Below the pieces are notes generated by a model. The model worked only from the letters and a program-made list of their open reading frames with translations, was not told where the DNA came from and did no database searches. 64,000 nucleotides of DNA from Polyangiaceae bacterium (GTDB lineage: Bacteria > Myxococcota_A > Polyangia > Polyangiales > Polyangiaceae): contig JACKEB010000014.1 of the NCBI GenBank assembly GCA_020633205.1, forward strand, positions 331,392 to 395,391, in the 5' to 3' direction. A program made the position numbers and the translations under genes. Shown one piece after another: positions 22,207 through 31,521 of the stretch (the stretch's first letter is position 1; each line of letters opens with the position of its first letter).

Positions 22207-22773
22207 ATGCCCGGCAAGTCGCTCACCACCTACATCGCGCTGTTTCGAGGCATCAACGTTGGGGGCAACAAGAAGCTCCCGATGGCGGAGCTGCGAGCGC
22301 TGTGCGAGGAGCTTGGACTAGGTTCCGTACGGACATACATTCAGAGCGGAAACCTCGCATTTCGCAGTGGGCTCGACCAGAGCGCGCTCGAGCAGACGAT
22401 TGAGAAAGCCGTGAAGGGGGAGTTCGGCTTCCATGCTGATGTGATCGCCCGCACCGCAAAGCAATGGAAGAGCTACGCCAAGGCGTCCGCGTTCCCTGAC
22501 GCTGAGGAGGCGCGGCCGAAGTTTCTGCACTTGGGCCTGTCGAAGCAGAAGCCCGCGAAGGGTTGCATCAGCAAGCTCGAGGAGTACGCGAAGCTCGATG
22601 AACGCTTGGCCCTCAAGGGCGACGCGTTGTGGGTCGACTTCGTTGGGGGAGCTGGACGCTCGAAGCTCACCCCCGCAGTCTTCGATCGCGCGGTGGGCTC
22701 AACCGTCACCCTGCGCAACTGGCGTTCCGTGCAGGCGATCAGCGCGCTCTTGGAAGAGGTCGAGAGCGACTAG
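22207..22773 (+). CDS. DUF1697-family protein
   Basis: YIALFRGINVGGNKKLPMAELR is the characteristic DUF1697 N-terminus. Its ATG immediately follows the TAG of the preceding gene. Confidence 0.85.
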   Translation: MPGKSLTTYIALFRGINVGGNKKLPMAELRALCEELGLGSVRTYIQSGNLAFRSGLDQSALEQTIEKAVKGEFGFHADVIARTAKQWKSYAKASAFPDAEEARPKFLHLGLSKQKPAKGCISKLEEYAKLDERLALKGDALWVDFVGGAGRSKLTPAVFDRAVGSTVTLRNWRSVQAISALLEEVESD

Positions 22774-22790
22774 CGCGCGCGGCATGGCGT

Positions 22791-23207
22791 ATGCAGTTGA
22801 TGAACGTCGAGGTCGCCATGTTCAAGTTCGTTTCCGCCATCTTCGCCGCAACTCTGCTGGTTTCCTCCGTGAGTTGCGGACCGCCCACAACGCCCATCCC
22901 CGGAGCTTCGGCGGCTCGCTCGTCTATCGAGGGGCGGGTCACGCGCATCGAACGAGGACCGGAGGACGACCTGCAGCAGAATGTGCGCATTACGGTGGCG
23001 GTGGGCGACGGCTCGGAGCTCGACGTAGACCTCGCGCCGGGCTGGGTGCTGGATGAACACGGCTTACGCCTCGAGAAGGAGGACGCTGTGGCGATCGAGG
23101 CGCGCAGTGTGGCAGGAGGACTCGAGGCTACATCGATCCGATCGAGCGGCCCCCGCATCGATTTGCGCGCGCAAGACGGCAAGCCGCTCTGGCACCCCAA
23201 GAAGTAG
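22791..23207 (+). CDS. Small hypothetical lipoprotein
   Basis: Signal peptide with lipobox ...FKFVSAIFAATLLVSSVSCG. Possible starts at 22791, 22800 or 22818. Confidence 0.65.
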   Translation: MQLMNVEVAMFKFVSAIFAATLLVSSVSCGPPTTPIPGASAARSSIEGRVTRIERGPEDDLQQNVRITVAVGDGSELDVDLAPGWVLDEHGLRLEKEDAVAIEARSVAGGLEATSIRSSGPRIDLRAQDGKPLWHPKK

Positions 23208-23228
23208 CGAGTCTTCTGGCTACGGCGC

Positions 23229-24158
23229 CTAGGCGTGGTCTCGCTCCGCCAGGTCGCTGTTTGGGGTCGGAGCTGCACGAGCGCGCTCCAGCGCCATGGT
23301 CTTGCATGGTAGCTCGGGGTAGCTCCAACGCACGAGACGGGCCTTCAGCCGATCCGCGGGGAAAAGCAGTCCTTCGCGGAGCGCCTTCGACTGGTAGGTC
23401 CCGGTCAGCCGCTGAGCCCACTCTGGAAGCAGTGCCATGCTGGCGTGCACGCCGACCCAGCGTTCCCGCCGCTCTCTGGCTGACTGCGGAAAATCATCCG
23501 TCTGTCCGCTCAGGAAGTCGAGGAACTCCTGGAACTGCTGCGTCATGGCGAGCTTCGGGCGCATCTGAAGCAAGTAGTCTTCTAGCTCGGAGACGCTCTC
23601 TGGAACGTAGTCCGCCCCGCCCATTCGCCCGATGGGCGCTTGCTCTCGCAAGTAGCGGTCCTTCTCCGCGCGCGATAGCGGGCGGTTGTAGGTCTCGAAA
23701 GCGCGCATGACTGCCCAGGGGATCGCCGTGTGCACCCAGCCGATCAGCTCTGGATCGAGCGCGTGATACTCGACGCCATCGGCGCGGGTGCCTTTGATTC
23801 TCGCGTGGACGCCCTTTACCTGTTCAATCACCCGGGTTGCGGCGCGGGTGCTGCAGAAGGTGGTGCGCAAGACGTAGCCGAGGGTGTTGCGAGCCCTTCG
23901 AAATGGATCCGTGCGGTAAGAAGACTGAGTGAACACCCCGGCCATCACGGAAGGGTGGAGCACCTCCATCAGGATCGCGGCGGGTCCACCGATGAGCAGG
24001 CTCGCGAGGTCACCGTGGATCTCCCAGGAGATGCTCCCAGGGCCGATCAAGCCAGGGTCACCCAGAGGCTCAGCGTACAGCGCTGGCTCCGCGTGGCGAC
24101 CTCCCTGGCTCTCGATCTCGTGGATGATCCCCTTTCGGAGTTTTTCGAATAGCGCCAT
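23229..24158 (-). CDS. MpaB/DUF2236-family oxygenase-like protein
   Basis: GPGSISWEIHGD...LMEVLHPSVMAGV pattern typical of DUF2236. Confidence 0.8.
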   Translation of the reverse strand: MALFEKLRKGIIHEIESQGGRHAEPALYAEPLGDPGLIGPGSISWEIHGDLASLLIGGPAAILMEVLHPSVMAGVFTQSSYRTDPFRRARNTLGYVLRTTFCSTRAATRVIEQVKGVHARIKGTRADGVEYHALDPELIGWVHTAIPWAVMRAFETYNRPLSRAEKDRYLREQAPIGRMGGADYVPESVSELEDYLLQMRPKLAMTQQFQEFLDFLSGQTDDFPQSARERRERWVGVHASMALLPEWAQRLTGTYQSKALREGLLFPADRLKARLVRWSYPELPCKTMALERARAAPTPNSDLAERDHA

Positions 24159-24201
24159 GTGTCCCTCCCGAGGAGCAGCTTACGCTTCTAGCGGAGCTGC
24201 T

Positions 24202-24831
24202 TCAACGCTTCGGGGTCTTGGCCTTCGACCGGGGCGGGTGTAGCGTTTCCCCACGGGAGCACATGTCCACGAAGCGCGAGATTGCGTTCTCGCGCCCTTT
24301 GGCGGTCTTCAGGCTATGCAGCCGATACAGGATCGCGTAGCGATTGGCGCTATCTAGCTTCGCGAAGAAGCGCTCCGCTTTGGGCACCTTCGCGAGCGCT
24401 CGGGTGAATTCTTCAGGAACTTCAATCGTTCGTGAACCGGCGTAGGCCCTTGCCCAGCGTCCGTCAGCCTTGGCCTCGTCGATTGCGGCTTGGCCGGGGG
24501 CCTCGAGTCGCTGCGCGGCGATCAGCACATCAGCCTTCTCGCGATTGATCTTGGACCACGGGCTTTTGGCGGTTCGGCGAGAGAAGCGCTGCAGCCAAGC
24601 GGTGTCGTCCAGCGCGGCCTTCTGGCTGTCGATCCAGCCCCAGATCAAAGCGCCCTCGATGGCTTCGGCATAGGTGATGCTTGGGGCGGCCCCGCGCTTG
24701 GCGAGGCGCAGCCAGACGGCGCCGGACTTCGCGTGGTTCTTCTTGAGCCATTTCAGCCAGCTCGCGAGATCCTTGAAGCTCAACTGGGGTTCAGCGTCGC
24801 TCGTGGCTGGCTGGGACTTTTTGGCTGCCAT
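24202..24831 (-). CDS. YdeI/OmpD-associated family protein
   Basis: C-terminal ...RYAILYRLHSLKTAKGRENAISRFVDM... pattern. ATG at 24831 (MAAKKSQ...). Confidence 0.78.
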   Translation of the reverse strand: MAAKKSQPATSDAEPQLSFKDLASWLKWLKKNHAKSGAVWLRLAKRGAAPSITYAEAIEGALIWGWIDSQKAALDDTAWLQRFSRRTAKSPWSKINREKADVLIAAQRLEAPGQAAIDEAKADGRWARAYAGSRTIEVPEEFTRALAKVPKAERFFAKLDSANRYAILYRLHSLKTAKGRENAISRFVDMCSRGETLHPPRSKAKTPKR

Positions 24832-24939
24832 CTGGCGACAGTAGCCCGCGGGGGTACAAGTCAATTGGACAAACGCGACGCTAGGGGGTTGGGCAGGCAG
24901 GAGATCTCTCGAAGCGATGAGGCGTAGAACCTGAGAAAC

Positions 24940-25377
24940 ATGCAGCAGAACCGTTTTGGAGTGGGGCGATCCGCTTCCAGGCGCCGCGTCTGGGGTGCCC
25001 TGTTGGTGGCGCTCTCACTGATATCGATCGGCGCATGCGGTGGCCGACGGGGTGGAAGTACGCCGCCGCCCAGTTCCGCGGGTCCGAACGCGAACGCCTG
25101 CGGCATGCATTTGTTCGAGACGCCTGCTTGCGAGAGCGCGTTGGACCAGGGGTGCTGTGCGCAACAGCAAAACTGCGCGGCGGATCCCAACTGCATGCGC
25201 ATCGTGCAGTGCTGGAACGCTTGTGAGGCGCGGCGGGCCAGCGAGGGATGCAACTGCTTCAACAATTGCGCCCCACAGGGGTTGCAGACGCCGGGTCTCT
25301 CATTGTTTGGCTACGTCGCAGACTGCAGCAAGGCGATCCAGTATCCTGAAGCCATCGAATGCGAGACGGGGTGCTAG
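24940..25377 (+). CDS. Small Cys-rich secreted lipoprotein
   Basis: Lipobox LISIGACGG. About 14 Cys in the mature part. The Cys pattern resembles the C-terminus of the 57556-58182 protein. Confidence 0.65.
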   Translation: MQQNRFGVGRSASRRRVWGALLVALSLISIGACGGRRGGSTPPPSSAGPNANACGMHLFETPACESALDQGCCAQQQNCAADPNCMRIVQCWNACEARRASEGCNCFNNCAPQGLQTPGLSLFGYVADCSKAIQYPEAIECETGC

Positions 25378-26684
25378 GACAATTACCGCGAGGTATCAAA
25401 GGCCGTTTGGGCTGGGGCGCGGGTATCGCGCTGGCCGTGCTTGCGGGTTGCTCTGCGGAAGAGACGGATCGCGCAGGTGGGCCGGCAGACGCGGGGGCAG
25501 ATGGGGACGCGACGAACGTGGATGGCGCGGTAGACGCCGGCTTGAAAAGCCAGCGGCCTCCGCCGGATTGGGCGAGCGCGGATTTCATCGATGTTCACAC
25601 GCACTGTGAGCTGATGTCTGACTGCGCAGGCGCGCGCTGTTGCGACACCAGTGGCCTCGCGTCTCTGGAAGGCTTGTACTCCGCTCGCGCGGTGCTCTTG
25701 AGCAACGAGTACTGGCTGATCAACGAAGATATTTACCCCGCGGAAGCGGTGAACTACTTCACGGGGCTGAACGAGACCGCTCGCGACACCGCAGCGAAGG
25801 AGCCCGAGGCGGTAGGCTTCTTTGCCGGGCTCCGTTGCTTGTATCAGCGGAAGGTAGATGAGAGCTGGGCCGAAGCCTGCAAGGCGGAAGCCCGGGATTG
25901 GGCGCGCCAGGGCGCGATTGGATTCAAAGATCACATTGGCAAGCAGTACGAGACCGGGGAAGCCGAAGGGGGCATGTTCATCGGTGGGTGGAATCGCTTC
26001 AACGGCTTCTGCGTTGTGCCCCAGGGCTCCCTCACCCCCAACTCCAGCTGCATGCAACAATCGACGGTGCACTACTTGGCGCTCGAGCCTGCTTGGCGAG
26101 AGGTCGTTCGCTACATCGTGGCGGAGCTGCGCCTGCCCATCGTCAGTCATGCGGCGTCCTACCAGGGGGCAACCACGACCTGCTATGACCCGGAGCTTGG
26201 GGCCATCGACAACTGTGCGCTCGTGACGCGACGTCACCAGCAGTCCCTCGCGACCTGGCTCTCGAACGAAGTGGATAGCGCTGCCCGTCGCCGCTTCATC
26301 GTCGCGCACATGGGGTTCCTGACGGGGGAGCCTGCCGGTTTGGTTGCACTCCTGGACACTGGCGTCTCTGTGGACACCTCACGGTTGGATGCCTTCGCGG
26401 CGGCTGGCTGTCAGGCGCGGAGCCTCTTCGCGGCCTATCCGCAGCAGATCCTGTTCGGGACGGATCGTCGGGTGAGCCAGACTTGCTTGCCTGCGTCTTA
26501 TTCCGCGTGGATGCACATCTTGCGTGGCCCAGCCGACCAAGCGCAGAGCTTCGACACCTGTCAGGGGACGATCGATGCGCGCGGCTTGGAGCTTGGAACA
26601 CCGCAGGTCGCTGGTTGCCCGGATGTCCCTAGTGACGCCCTCACTCGTGTGCTCAAGCAGAACTTCCTCGAACTCTACGAGTAG
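25359..26684 (+). CDS. Amidohydrolase-family lipoprotein
   Basis: Lipobox VLAGCS. IDVHTHCE (HxH) metal motif and later His/Asp residues. The family call is moderate. Confidence 0.72.
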   Translation: MRDGVLGQLPRGIKGRLGWGAGIALAVLAGCSAEETDRAGGPADAGADGDATNVDGAVDAGLKSQRPPPDWASADFIDVHTHCELMSDCAGARCCDTSGLASLEGLYSARAVLLSNEYWLINEDIYPAEAVNYFTGLNETARDTAAKEPEAVGFFAGLRCLYQRKVDESWAEACKAEARDWARQGAIGFKDHIGKQYETGEAEGGMFIGGWNRFNGFCVVPQGSLTPNSSCMQQSTVHYLALEPAWREVVRYIVAELRLPIVSHAASYQGATTTCYDPELGAIDNCALVTRRHQQSLATWLSNEVDSAARRRFIVAHMGFLTGEPAGLVALLDTGVSVDTSRLDAFAAAGCQARSLFAAYPQQILFGTDRRVSQTCLPASYSAWMHILRGPADQAQSFDTCQGTIDARGLELGTPQVAGCPDVPSDALTRVLKQNFLELYE

Positions 26685-26728
26685 CAATGACGTTGGGCCG
26701 TCTCGCTCTGCGACAGCTACCACGCGCG

Positions 26729-27406
26729 CTAGCGGCGCCGGCTCCACACGCCGGTGCATTCGGGCAACAGCGCGTCCTCGACAAGCTCTGCTTTGCTCTC
26801 GCCGAAGAAGAACTCAACCAGCTCACGCGCGCTTGCTGGTGAGTCGAAGCGATAATCCGTGCGGATTGGCTGGCAAACGAAGCCTCGTTCATTCTCGAGC
26901 CAGGCGTAGTACTCCGCTAGGTCTGCATTCGGTGGCTTCGGGGCGCGATGGCCGGTGCCTAACGTCTCCACGACGATCAGCGTTCCCCCAGGGCGGACTA
27001 CCCTCGCGAGCTCATCGAGCCCTCGGCCAATCTCGGCTCGCCAGCTGTCGGGCTCCCAGTGCCGCAAATGGCCGAACACCCAACCGGCGACCCCAACATC
27101 CGCGCTGGCGTCTTCGACGGGGAGGGTCCTCGCATCCGCGAGGAACCAACTCGCCTCAGGGACGCGTTCTGAGCCCAGCTTGAGCATCGCCTCGGCGGCT
27201 TCTGTCGCCACCACCCGCGCACCGGCGCTTACCAAGTGACGCGTGACTCGGCCGGTGCCGGCGCCGACCTCGATCACGTCCGTGTCGCGCAACGACACCA
27301 ACGCGTTGAGGGTCGCTGGCAGCTGACCTTGGTGGTCTTCTGCTCGCACCAACCGATCGTATTGCGCCGCGTGGTCGCGGTAGATCTCTTCGTAGGTCAG
27401 TCGCAT
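26729..27406 (-). CDS. Class I SAM-dependent methyltransferase
   Basis: Motif I VIEVGAGTGRVT. ATG at 27406 (MRLTYEEIY...). Confidence 0.85.
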   Translation of the reverse strand: MRLTYEEIYRDHAAQYDRLVRAEDHQGQLPATLNALVSLRDTDVIEVGAGTGRVTRHLVSAGARVVATEAAEAMLKLGSERVPEASWFLADARTLPVEDASADVGVAGWVFGHLRHWEPDSWRAEIGRGLDELARVVRPGGTLIVVETLGTGHRAPKPPNADLAEYYAWLENERGFVCQPIRTDYRFDSPASARELVEFFFGESKAELVEDALLPECTGVWSRRR

Positions 27407-27452
27407 CTTGGTCACTGTCTTAACGTGGAACGAACTCCGCGCGGTCCATCCT

Positions 27453-29048
27453 CTACTCATCGCTGACGGAGTAGGTGACCAGCGGGTAGCCCTTGTACTT
27501 CTTCTGGGGTTCGACCTGCAGCTTTAGCAAGCGGCCACGCGTGGCGACGTAGTGGGAGCCACGGCTTCCGATCCCTGCAGTCGACGTCAGCCAACAGCTG
27601 TCCAAACAGGTCAACGTGGCGTCCGCATCGGGCATCATCGCGGAGGGTTTTTCGTCCAGCCCGGTGTTGATGATCAGGCGTGGATTCGCTTTCACCAGGT
27701 CGAAGATCACCCTGAGGTTACCTTTGCCCGGCAGCACGACCGAGCGCTCGGCCAGGGCTGGGTGGTTCGCCCCGTTCACGATCAAGGAGCAAGCAGGCGT
27801 GCAGGAGATCTTCAGTCGGCGCTTTCGCTCCCCAGTGGACGCGGGCTTGCTCTCCCCTGACGTCGGCAACGCGTCGCGGGTGTTGGCTGCCGTGCTCCGC
27901 GTGTGACTCGCCTGGCGAGCCTTGCGACGCTGCAGGAAGACGCCGATCAACACACTCGCGACAATCAGACCGCCGACAAGCGCCCACACCCACTTGAGGT
28001 TGCGCTTGCGTTGGGGGGGCAGCGAAGCCGCGGGAAAGTTCGGCGCACCGTGCAGCCCTTGGGTTGCCGGCAACAGATTCTGGCTGCTCAAGTGGGTTTG
28101 TTGGGGGTGAGGAGCCACGCTCGGCGCTTGAGAAGCAGTCGCCGCCAGCGCGAGGCTCTCTGCTTCGGGTCGCGCCAGCAGTGCATCCAGCTCGGCAAAT
28201 GCCTGGGCCGTGCTGGGGCGCTCATCGATCACTCGTGACGTGCAGCGCGCAAACCACGCGTCGAATCCGTGAGGTAACGGATGCTGCGCGCCGAACTCCT
28301 GCGCGCGGGTCGACGCGGGATCTTGAGGGTCGAAGATCACCTCGCGCATCAAGGCGGGGAGGCCTGTTTCGGGGCGGTTGGCGCTCCGCCAGTAGTGGCG
28401 CCCGGTGAAGGTGAAGAAGGCGACGAGCGCTGCGGCCCACACGTCGGTGTGCGGCCCGATGCGATTTCCAGCGTCCGTCTGCTCCGGGGCCATGTAGAGC
28501 GGAGTGCCAAGGGCCGCCGTGCTATCCGTGGTGCTCCCGAGGATCTTGGCGATGCCGAAATCCAGCACCTTCAGGCAAAACGGAGCATCGGTGGTGCGAG
28601 AGGTAGCGACGAAGAGGTTCTCGGGCTTCAGATCGCGGTGCACGATGCCCTTCGCGTGGGCCTGTACGAGACCGTGCCCCAGCTGCGCAAAGAGTATCCG
28701 TGCGGTAGCAAACGGGGGCGGCCCTTGTTCGCGCAGCATGGCGTCCAAGGTGCGCCCTTCAAGGAACTCCATCACCAGCCACGGAGCGGATAGCTCCTCG
28801 TCGATTCCCGCTGCCAGTACCTGAACGACGTGGTCGCTGGCGATTTCAGCCGAGACACGCGCCTCACGCTGGAACCGTTCCCGGAGTTCTTGCTTCGCTA
28901 GCAGCGCTGGATGCATGAGCTTCAGCGCGCGTCGGCTACCGGTGCTGAGCTGGGTGGCAATGTAGACTTGCCCCATGGCTCCCTGACTGAGCCGCTGGAC
29001 GATGCGGAACTCCCCGCCAATTACGGTGCCGGCCGAGATCGAATCCAT
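27453..29048 (-). CDS. Ser/Thr protein kinase with TM segment and extracytoplasmic C-terminal domain
   Basis: GxGxxG-like GQGAMGQVY, VAIK-like ALKLM, HRDLKPEN, DFG, APE. The TM segment is WVWALVGGLIVASVLIGVFL. Confidence 0.93.
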   Translation of the reverse strand: MDSISAGTVIGGEFRIVQRLSQGAMGQVYIATQLSTGSRRALKLMHPALLAKQELRERFQREARVSAEIASDHVVQVLAAGIDEELSAPWLVMEFLEGRTLDAMLREQGPPPFATARILFAQLGHGLVQAHAKGIVHRDLKPENLFVATSRTTDAPFCLKVLDFGIAKILGSTTDSTAALGTPLYMAPEQTDAGNRIGPHTDVWAAALVAFFTFTGRHYWRSANRPETGLPALMREVIFDPQDPASTRAQEFGAQHPLPHGFDAWFARCTSRVIDERPSTAQAFAELDALLARPEAESLALAATASQAPSVAPHPQQTHLSSQNLLPATQGLHGAPNFPAASLPPQRKRNLKWVWALVGGLIVASVLIGVFLQRRKARQASHTRSTAANTRDALPTSGESKPASTGERKRRLKISCTPACSLIVNGANHPALAERSVVLPGKGNLRVIFDLVKANPRLIINTGLDEKPSAMMPDADATLTCLDSCWLTSTAGIGSRGSHYVATRGRLLKLQVEPQKKYKGYPLVTYSVSDE

Positions 29049-29791
29049 CCACCTTCAGGGTAGCGGCAGAGACCCGGAGAGTCCGTGCTTTTTCTCGCTG
29101 CGCCTCTTCGTAGCTGCCTCACTCGCCGGTTCATCAGGTGGCGTATCCCGTACGCGAACAGCCAGCGCTGGAGGCCGCTGAGGTTCCCACCGTGGGCTCG
29201 GTAGAAGGCGTCTGGATCGTCGAAGACTCCAAGGTCTGCGTTGACGCCGGTGCGCTGGATGAAGGTGTCGACTCCGCTCCACTCCACGCCGGGTGCTTCC
29301 AGTTGCGTGGTGCCCGCCCCATAGCCCAGGAATTCTCCCGAGCCGAACTGAGCCTGCAACGAGCTAAGGTACTCTTCGTCGAGGATCACGCCTTCCAGGG
29401 CACGCCAGCCACGGAAGTCCACTTCCACCCAGCTGTGGACGATGCTCTCGGGTGCGATCGGGTAGAACGCCGCAGGCACTACGCCGCGCTGCAGAGACTT
29501 GTGGATTGTTGCTCCGTGGAAACGGCAGGGGACTCCGCTGCCCCGGAGTAGCGCCATCAGCAAGCTCGACTTGGTGTTGCATTGACCGTATCCATCAGCC
29601 AGCACGCGGGAAGCGGGCACATCGTCCGCGATGTTGTAGCCGAAGGCGATCTCGTTCCGCACGAAGTCGTAGACCGCGCCGATGCGCTCGAACTCGGGCA
29701 GTGAGCGCCAGCCGCGGCTCGCGATCAAGGATTGGATGGCGGGATGTTGGTGATCGAGCAGCGGGGTTGCACCGAGTAGATGGTCTTGCAT
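29021..29791 (-). CDS. Transglutaminase-like cysteine-protease-fold protein
   Basis: GYGQCNTKSSLLMALLRGSGVPCRF followed by HSWVEV (Cys/His core). Its 3' end overlaps the kinase start by 28 nt. Confidence 0.82.
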   Translation of the reverse strand: MQDHLLGATPLLDHQHPAIQSLIASRGWRSLPEFERIGAVYDFVRNEIAFGYNIADDVPASRVLADGYGQCNTKSSLLMALLRGSGVPCRFHGATIHKSLQRGVVPAAFYPIAPESIVHSWVEVDFRGWRALEGVILDEEYLSSLQAQFGSGEFLGYGAGTTQLEAPGVEWSGVDTFIQRTGVNADLGVFDDPDAFYRAHGGNLSGLQRWLFAYGIRHLMNRRVRQLRRGAARKSTDSPGLCRYPEGGWIRSRPAP

Positions 29792-29837
29792 GCCCTGAAC
29801 TTGGTGAGTCGCGCGCCGCTCGGCTTGAACGTTGCGG

Positions 29838-30575
29838 TCAGCCTGAGTCGATCAACTCGAGTTCCGACAACACGCTGGAGGGTGGCAGCCCGAAGAGTCC
29901 ACGGAAGGTGCGGGTGAAGTGCGCGCTATCGCTGAATCCAGCGGCGTGGGCGGCATGGGTCATCGATGTCGGGCCACCGTTGGCCGCTAGGCGCGCCGCG
30001 AGCTGAACACGCATCCACAACACCCAGCGGCGGAAGGGTAAGCCAACTTCTTGAGTGAAGCGGTGCGTGAGCGTGGTCGGAGCAAGGTCCGCCGCCTGCG
30101 CTGCTTCGGGCAATCTCGGCACCTCTGGTAATCGATGCAGCACCAATTCCTGTGCGCGCCGGATCGGTTCCGAGGGCGGAGCGGCGGGCCGCGACGGAAG
30201 CGCGAGGGCTTCGAGCAAGTGTGCGCTCCAAGCTGGGAAGTCCCGGGGTGATTGCGGCGGCGTCTGCGCTAAATGCCTCGCGGAAATATTGGTCGCGACC
30301 TGCGGACCCAGGGCGTTCAGCGCCGCAGTGGGCTCCAGGAAGGCAAGCAGCACGCGGCCACGGCAGTCGACGCTGTGGCGGGCGTTACTTGGAATGAGCA
30401 TCGCCTCGCCCTGCAGCGTGCGGCCATCGATGCTTGCCTGGAGCGGTTCGTCGAGGGCCCAGGCGAGTTGCACCGCATGATGGCGATGGGCCTGAGCTCG
30501 GCTGCCAATGCCGAAAAACACCCAGAGACCTGGTTGAAACCAAAGGCGTCCGGCCCATCGCGTGTTGCTGCTCAT
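29838..30575 (-). CDS. AraC-family transcriptional regulator
   Basis: N-terminal cupin-like region. C-terminal AraC HTH (AAHAAGFSDSAHFTRTFRGLFG). Confidence 0.9.
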   Translation of the reverse strand: MSSNTRWAGRLWFQPGLWVFFGIGSRAQAHRHHAVQLAWALDEPLQASIDGRTLQGEAMLIPSNARHSVDCRGRVLLAFLEPTAALNALGPQVATNISARHLAQTPPQSPRDFPAWSAHLLEALALPSRPAAPPSEPIRRAQELVLHRLPEVPRLPEAAQAADLAPTTLTHRFTQEVGLPFRRWVLWMRVQLAARLAANGGPTSMTHAAHAAGFSDSAHFTRTFRGLFGLPPSSVLSELELIDSG

Positions 30576-30653
30576 GTGGATGCCGGGGTTTGCTCCGCCA
30601 GAGGAGGTGCTGCGCCGGAGGAGGTGTTACCAACCCCGAGCGTAATACGGGTG

Positions 30654-31274
30654 ATGGGCGTCCGCATGCTCTCGGCTTTGGCGCTACTCGGGGCCTGTGG
30701 CTGTACCTCCTGGACCACAGTGCACGCTGGCTACGCGGAAGTGGCTGGGGATCGCAAGCCGCTTTATGCCGTTGAGACGCGCCGCGTAGTCGGCGGGAAG
30801 ATTGACTCGACCAGCGCAGTGGGCGGCTTTCGAGTCGACGGCAACGGAGAGCAGCTCGACGTCGAGTTGCATGCTGGCGTGGAGCGCGCGCTGTTCCTCT
30901 CAGAGCGCTGGATGCTGATCCCGTCGTTCACCGTGGACGCCGTGCGAGTGTCGCGCTTGGAGTCTCGGTGGTTCGTCGGGACTCACAGTCCTGCCCTCGG
31001 GCTGGAGTGGCTGTACTGGTTCGAGGTGCAGCGACGTCGTCGTAGCGATACTGGCGTGCTTGGCTGCATGGGAGGCGCCATCGGCTATGACTGCCCCCGC
31101 TGTGAGGTGGAAGACGTCAACCGCCGCGGCTTCGGTCTGCGCATCGAGGGGAGCTACGATCTGCGCTACTCAGATGCCTTTCCCAAGTACAACGACTGGT
31201 CCTTGTGGGCGCTGATCGGCTTCAGTGAGGCGGAGAGCACTCGCGAGAAGGACAGCTGCGCGCCGAAGAACTAG
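30654..31274 (+). CDS. Hypothetical lipoprotein
   Basis: ATG at 30654 gives MGVRMLSALALLGACGC. The track's 30273 start would run antisense through the AraC gene. Confidence 0.65.
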   Translation: MGVRMLSALALLGACGCTSWTTVHAGYAEVAGDRKPLYAVETRRVVGGKIDSTSAVGGFRVDGNGEQLDVELHAGVERALFLSERWMLIPSFTVDAVRVSRLESRWFVGTHSPALGLEWLYWFEVQRRRRSDTGVLGCMGGAIGYDCPRCEVEDVNRRGFGLRIEGSYDLRYSDAFPKYNDWSLWALIGFSEAESTREKDSCAPKN

Positions 31275-31510
31275 GCACTCGCTGGGACCAAGTAGTGTTT
31301 CCGTGAGAAAACAAGCATCGCCAGCGGCCAGGCGACGAGGAACAGGTTGCTCGCCCCGCTGAGGCCGGTGACACTCGCCAGCAAGTCGAGGGGCAGGAAG
31401 GACCAGTTCCAAGCCACGATGTTCGGATCGGTGTAGTCGCGAAACAGCCAGTCCGCGGGCACCTTGAGGAGGCCAAGCGCCATCGCTCCGCTGAGGCCCC
31501 AGTAGAGCAA
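31271..31510 (-). CDS. Small membrane protein, possibly a truncated remnant
   Basis: 79 aa with two or three hydrophobic segments. TTG start 12 nt after the Hsp70-like stop. An upstream in-frame stop prevents a longer reading. Confidence 0.4.
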   Translation of the reverse strand: MLYWGLSGAMALGLLKVPADWLFRDYTDPNIVAWNWSFLPLDLLASVTGLSGASNLFLVAWPLAMLVFSRKHYLVPASA

Positions 31511-31521
31511 GAAGCTAGCAA

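Noticed and set aside
25383-26309. 308-aa ORF antisense to the amidohydrolase gene
   Set aside because: Composition is Arg/Ala/Gly-biased, and the sense frame has a signal peptide and an HxH motif.
30273-30653. Long N-terminal extension of the 30654 lipoprotein ORF
   Set aside because: The extension runs antisense through the AraC gene. A proper lipoprotein signal begins at the internal ATG at 30654.
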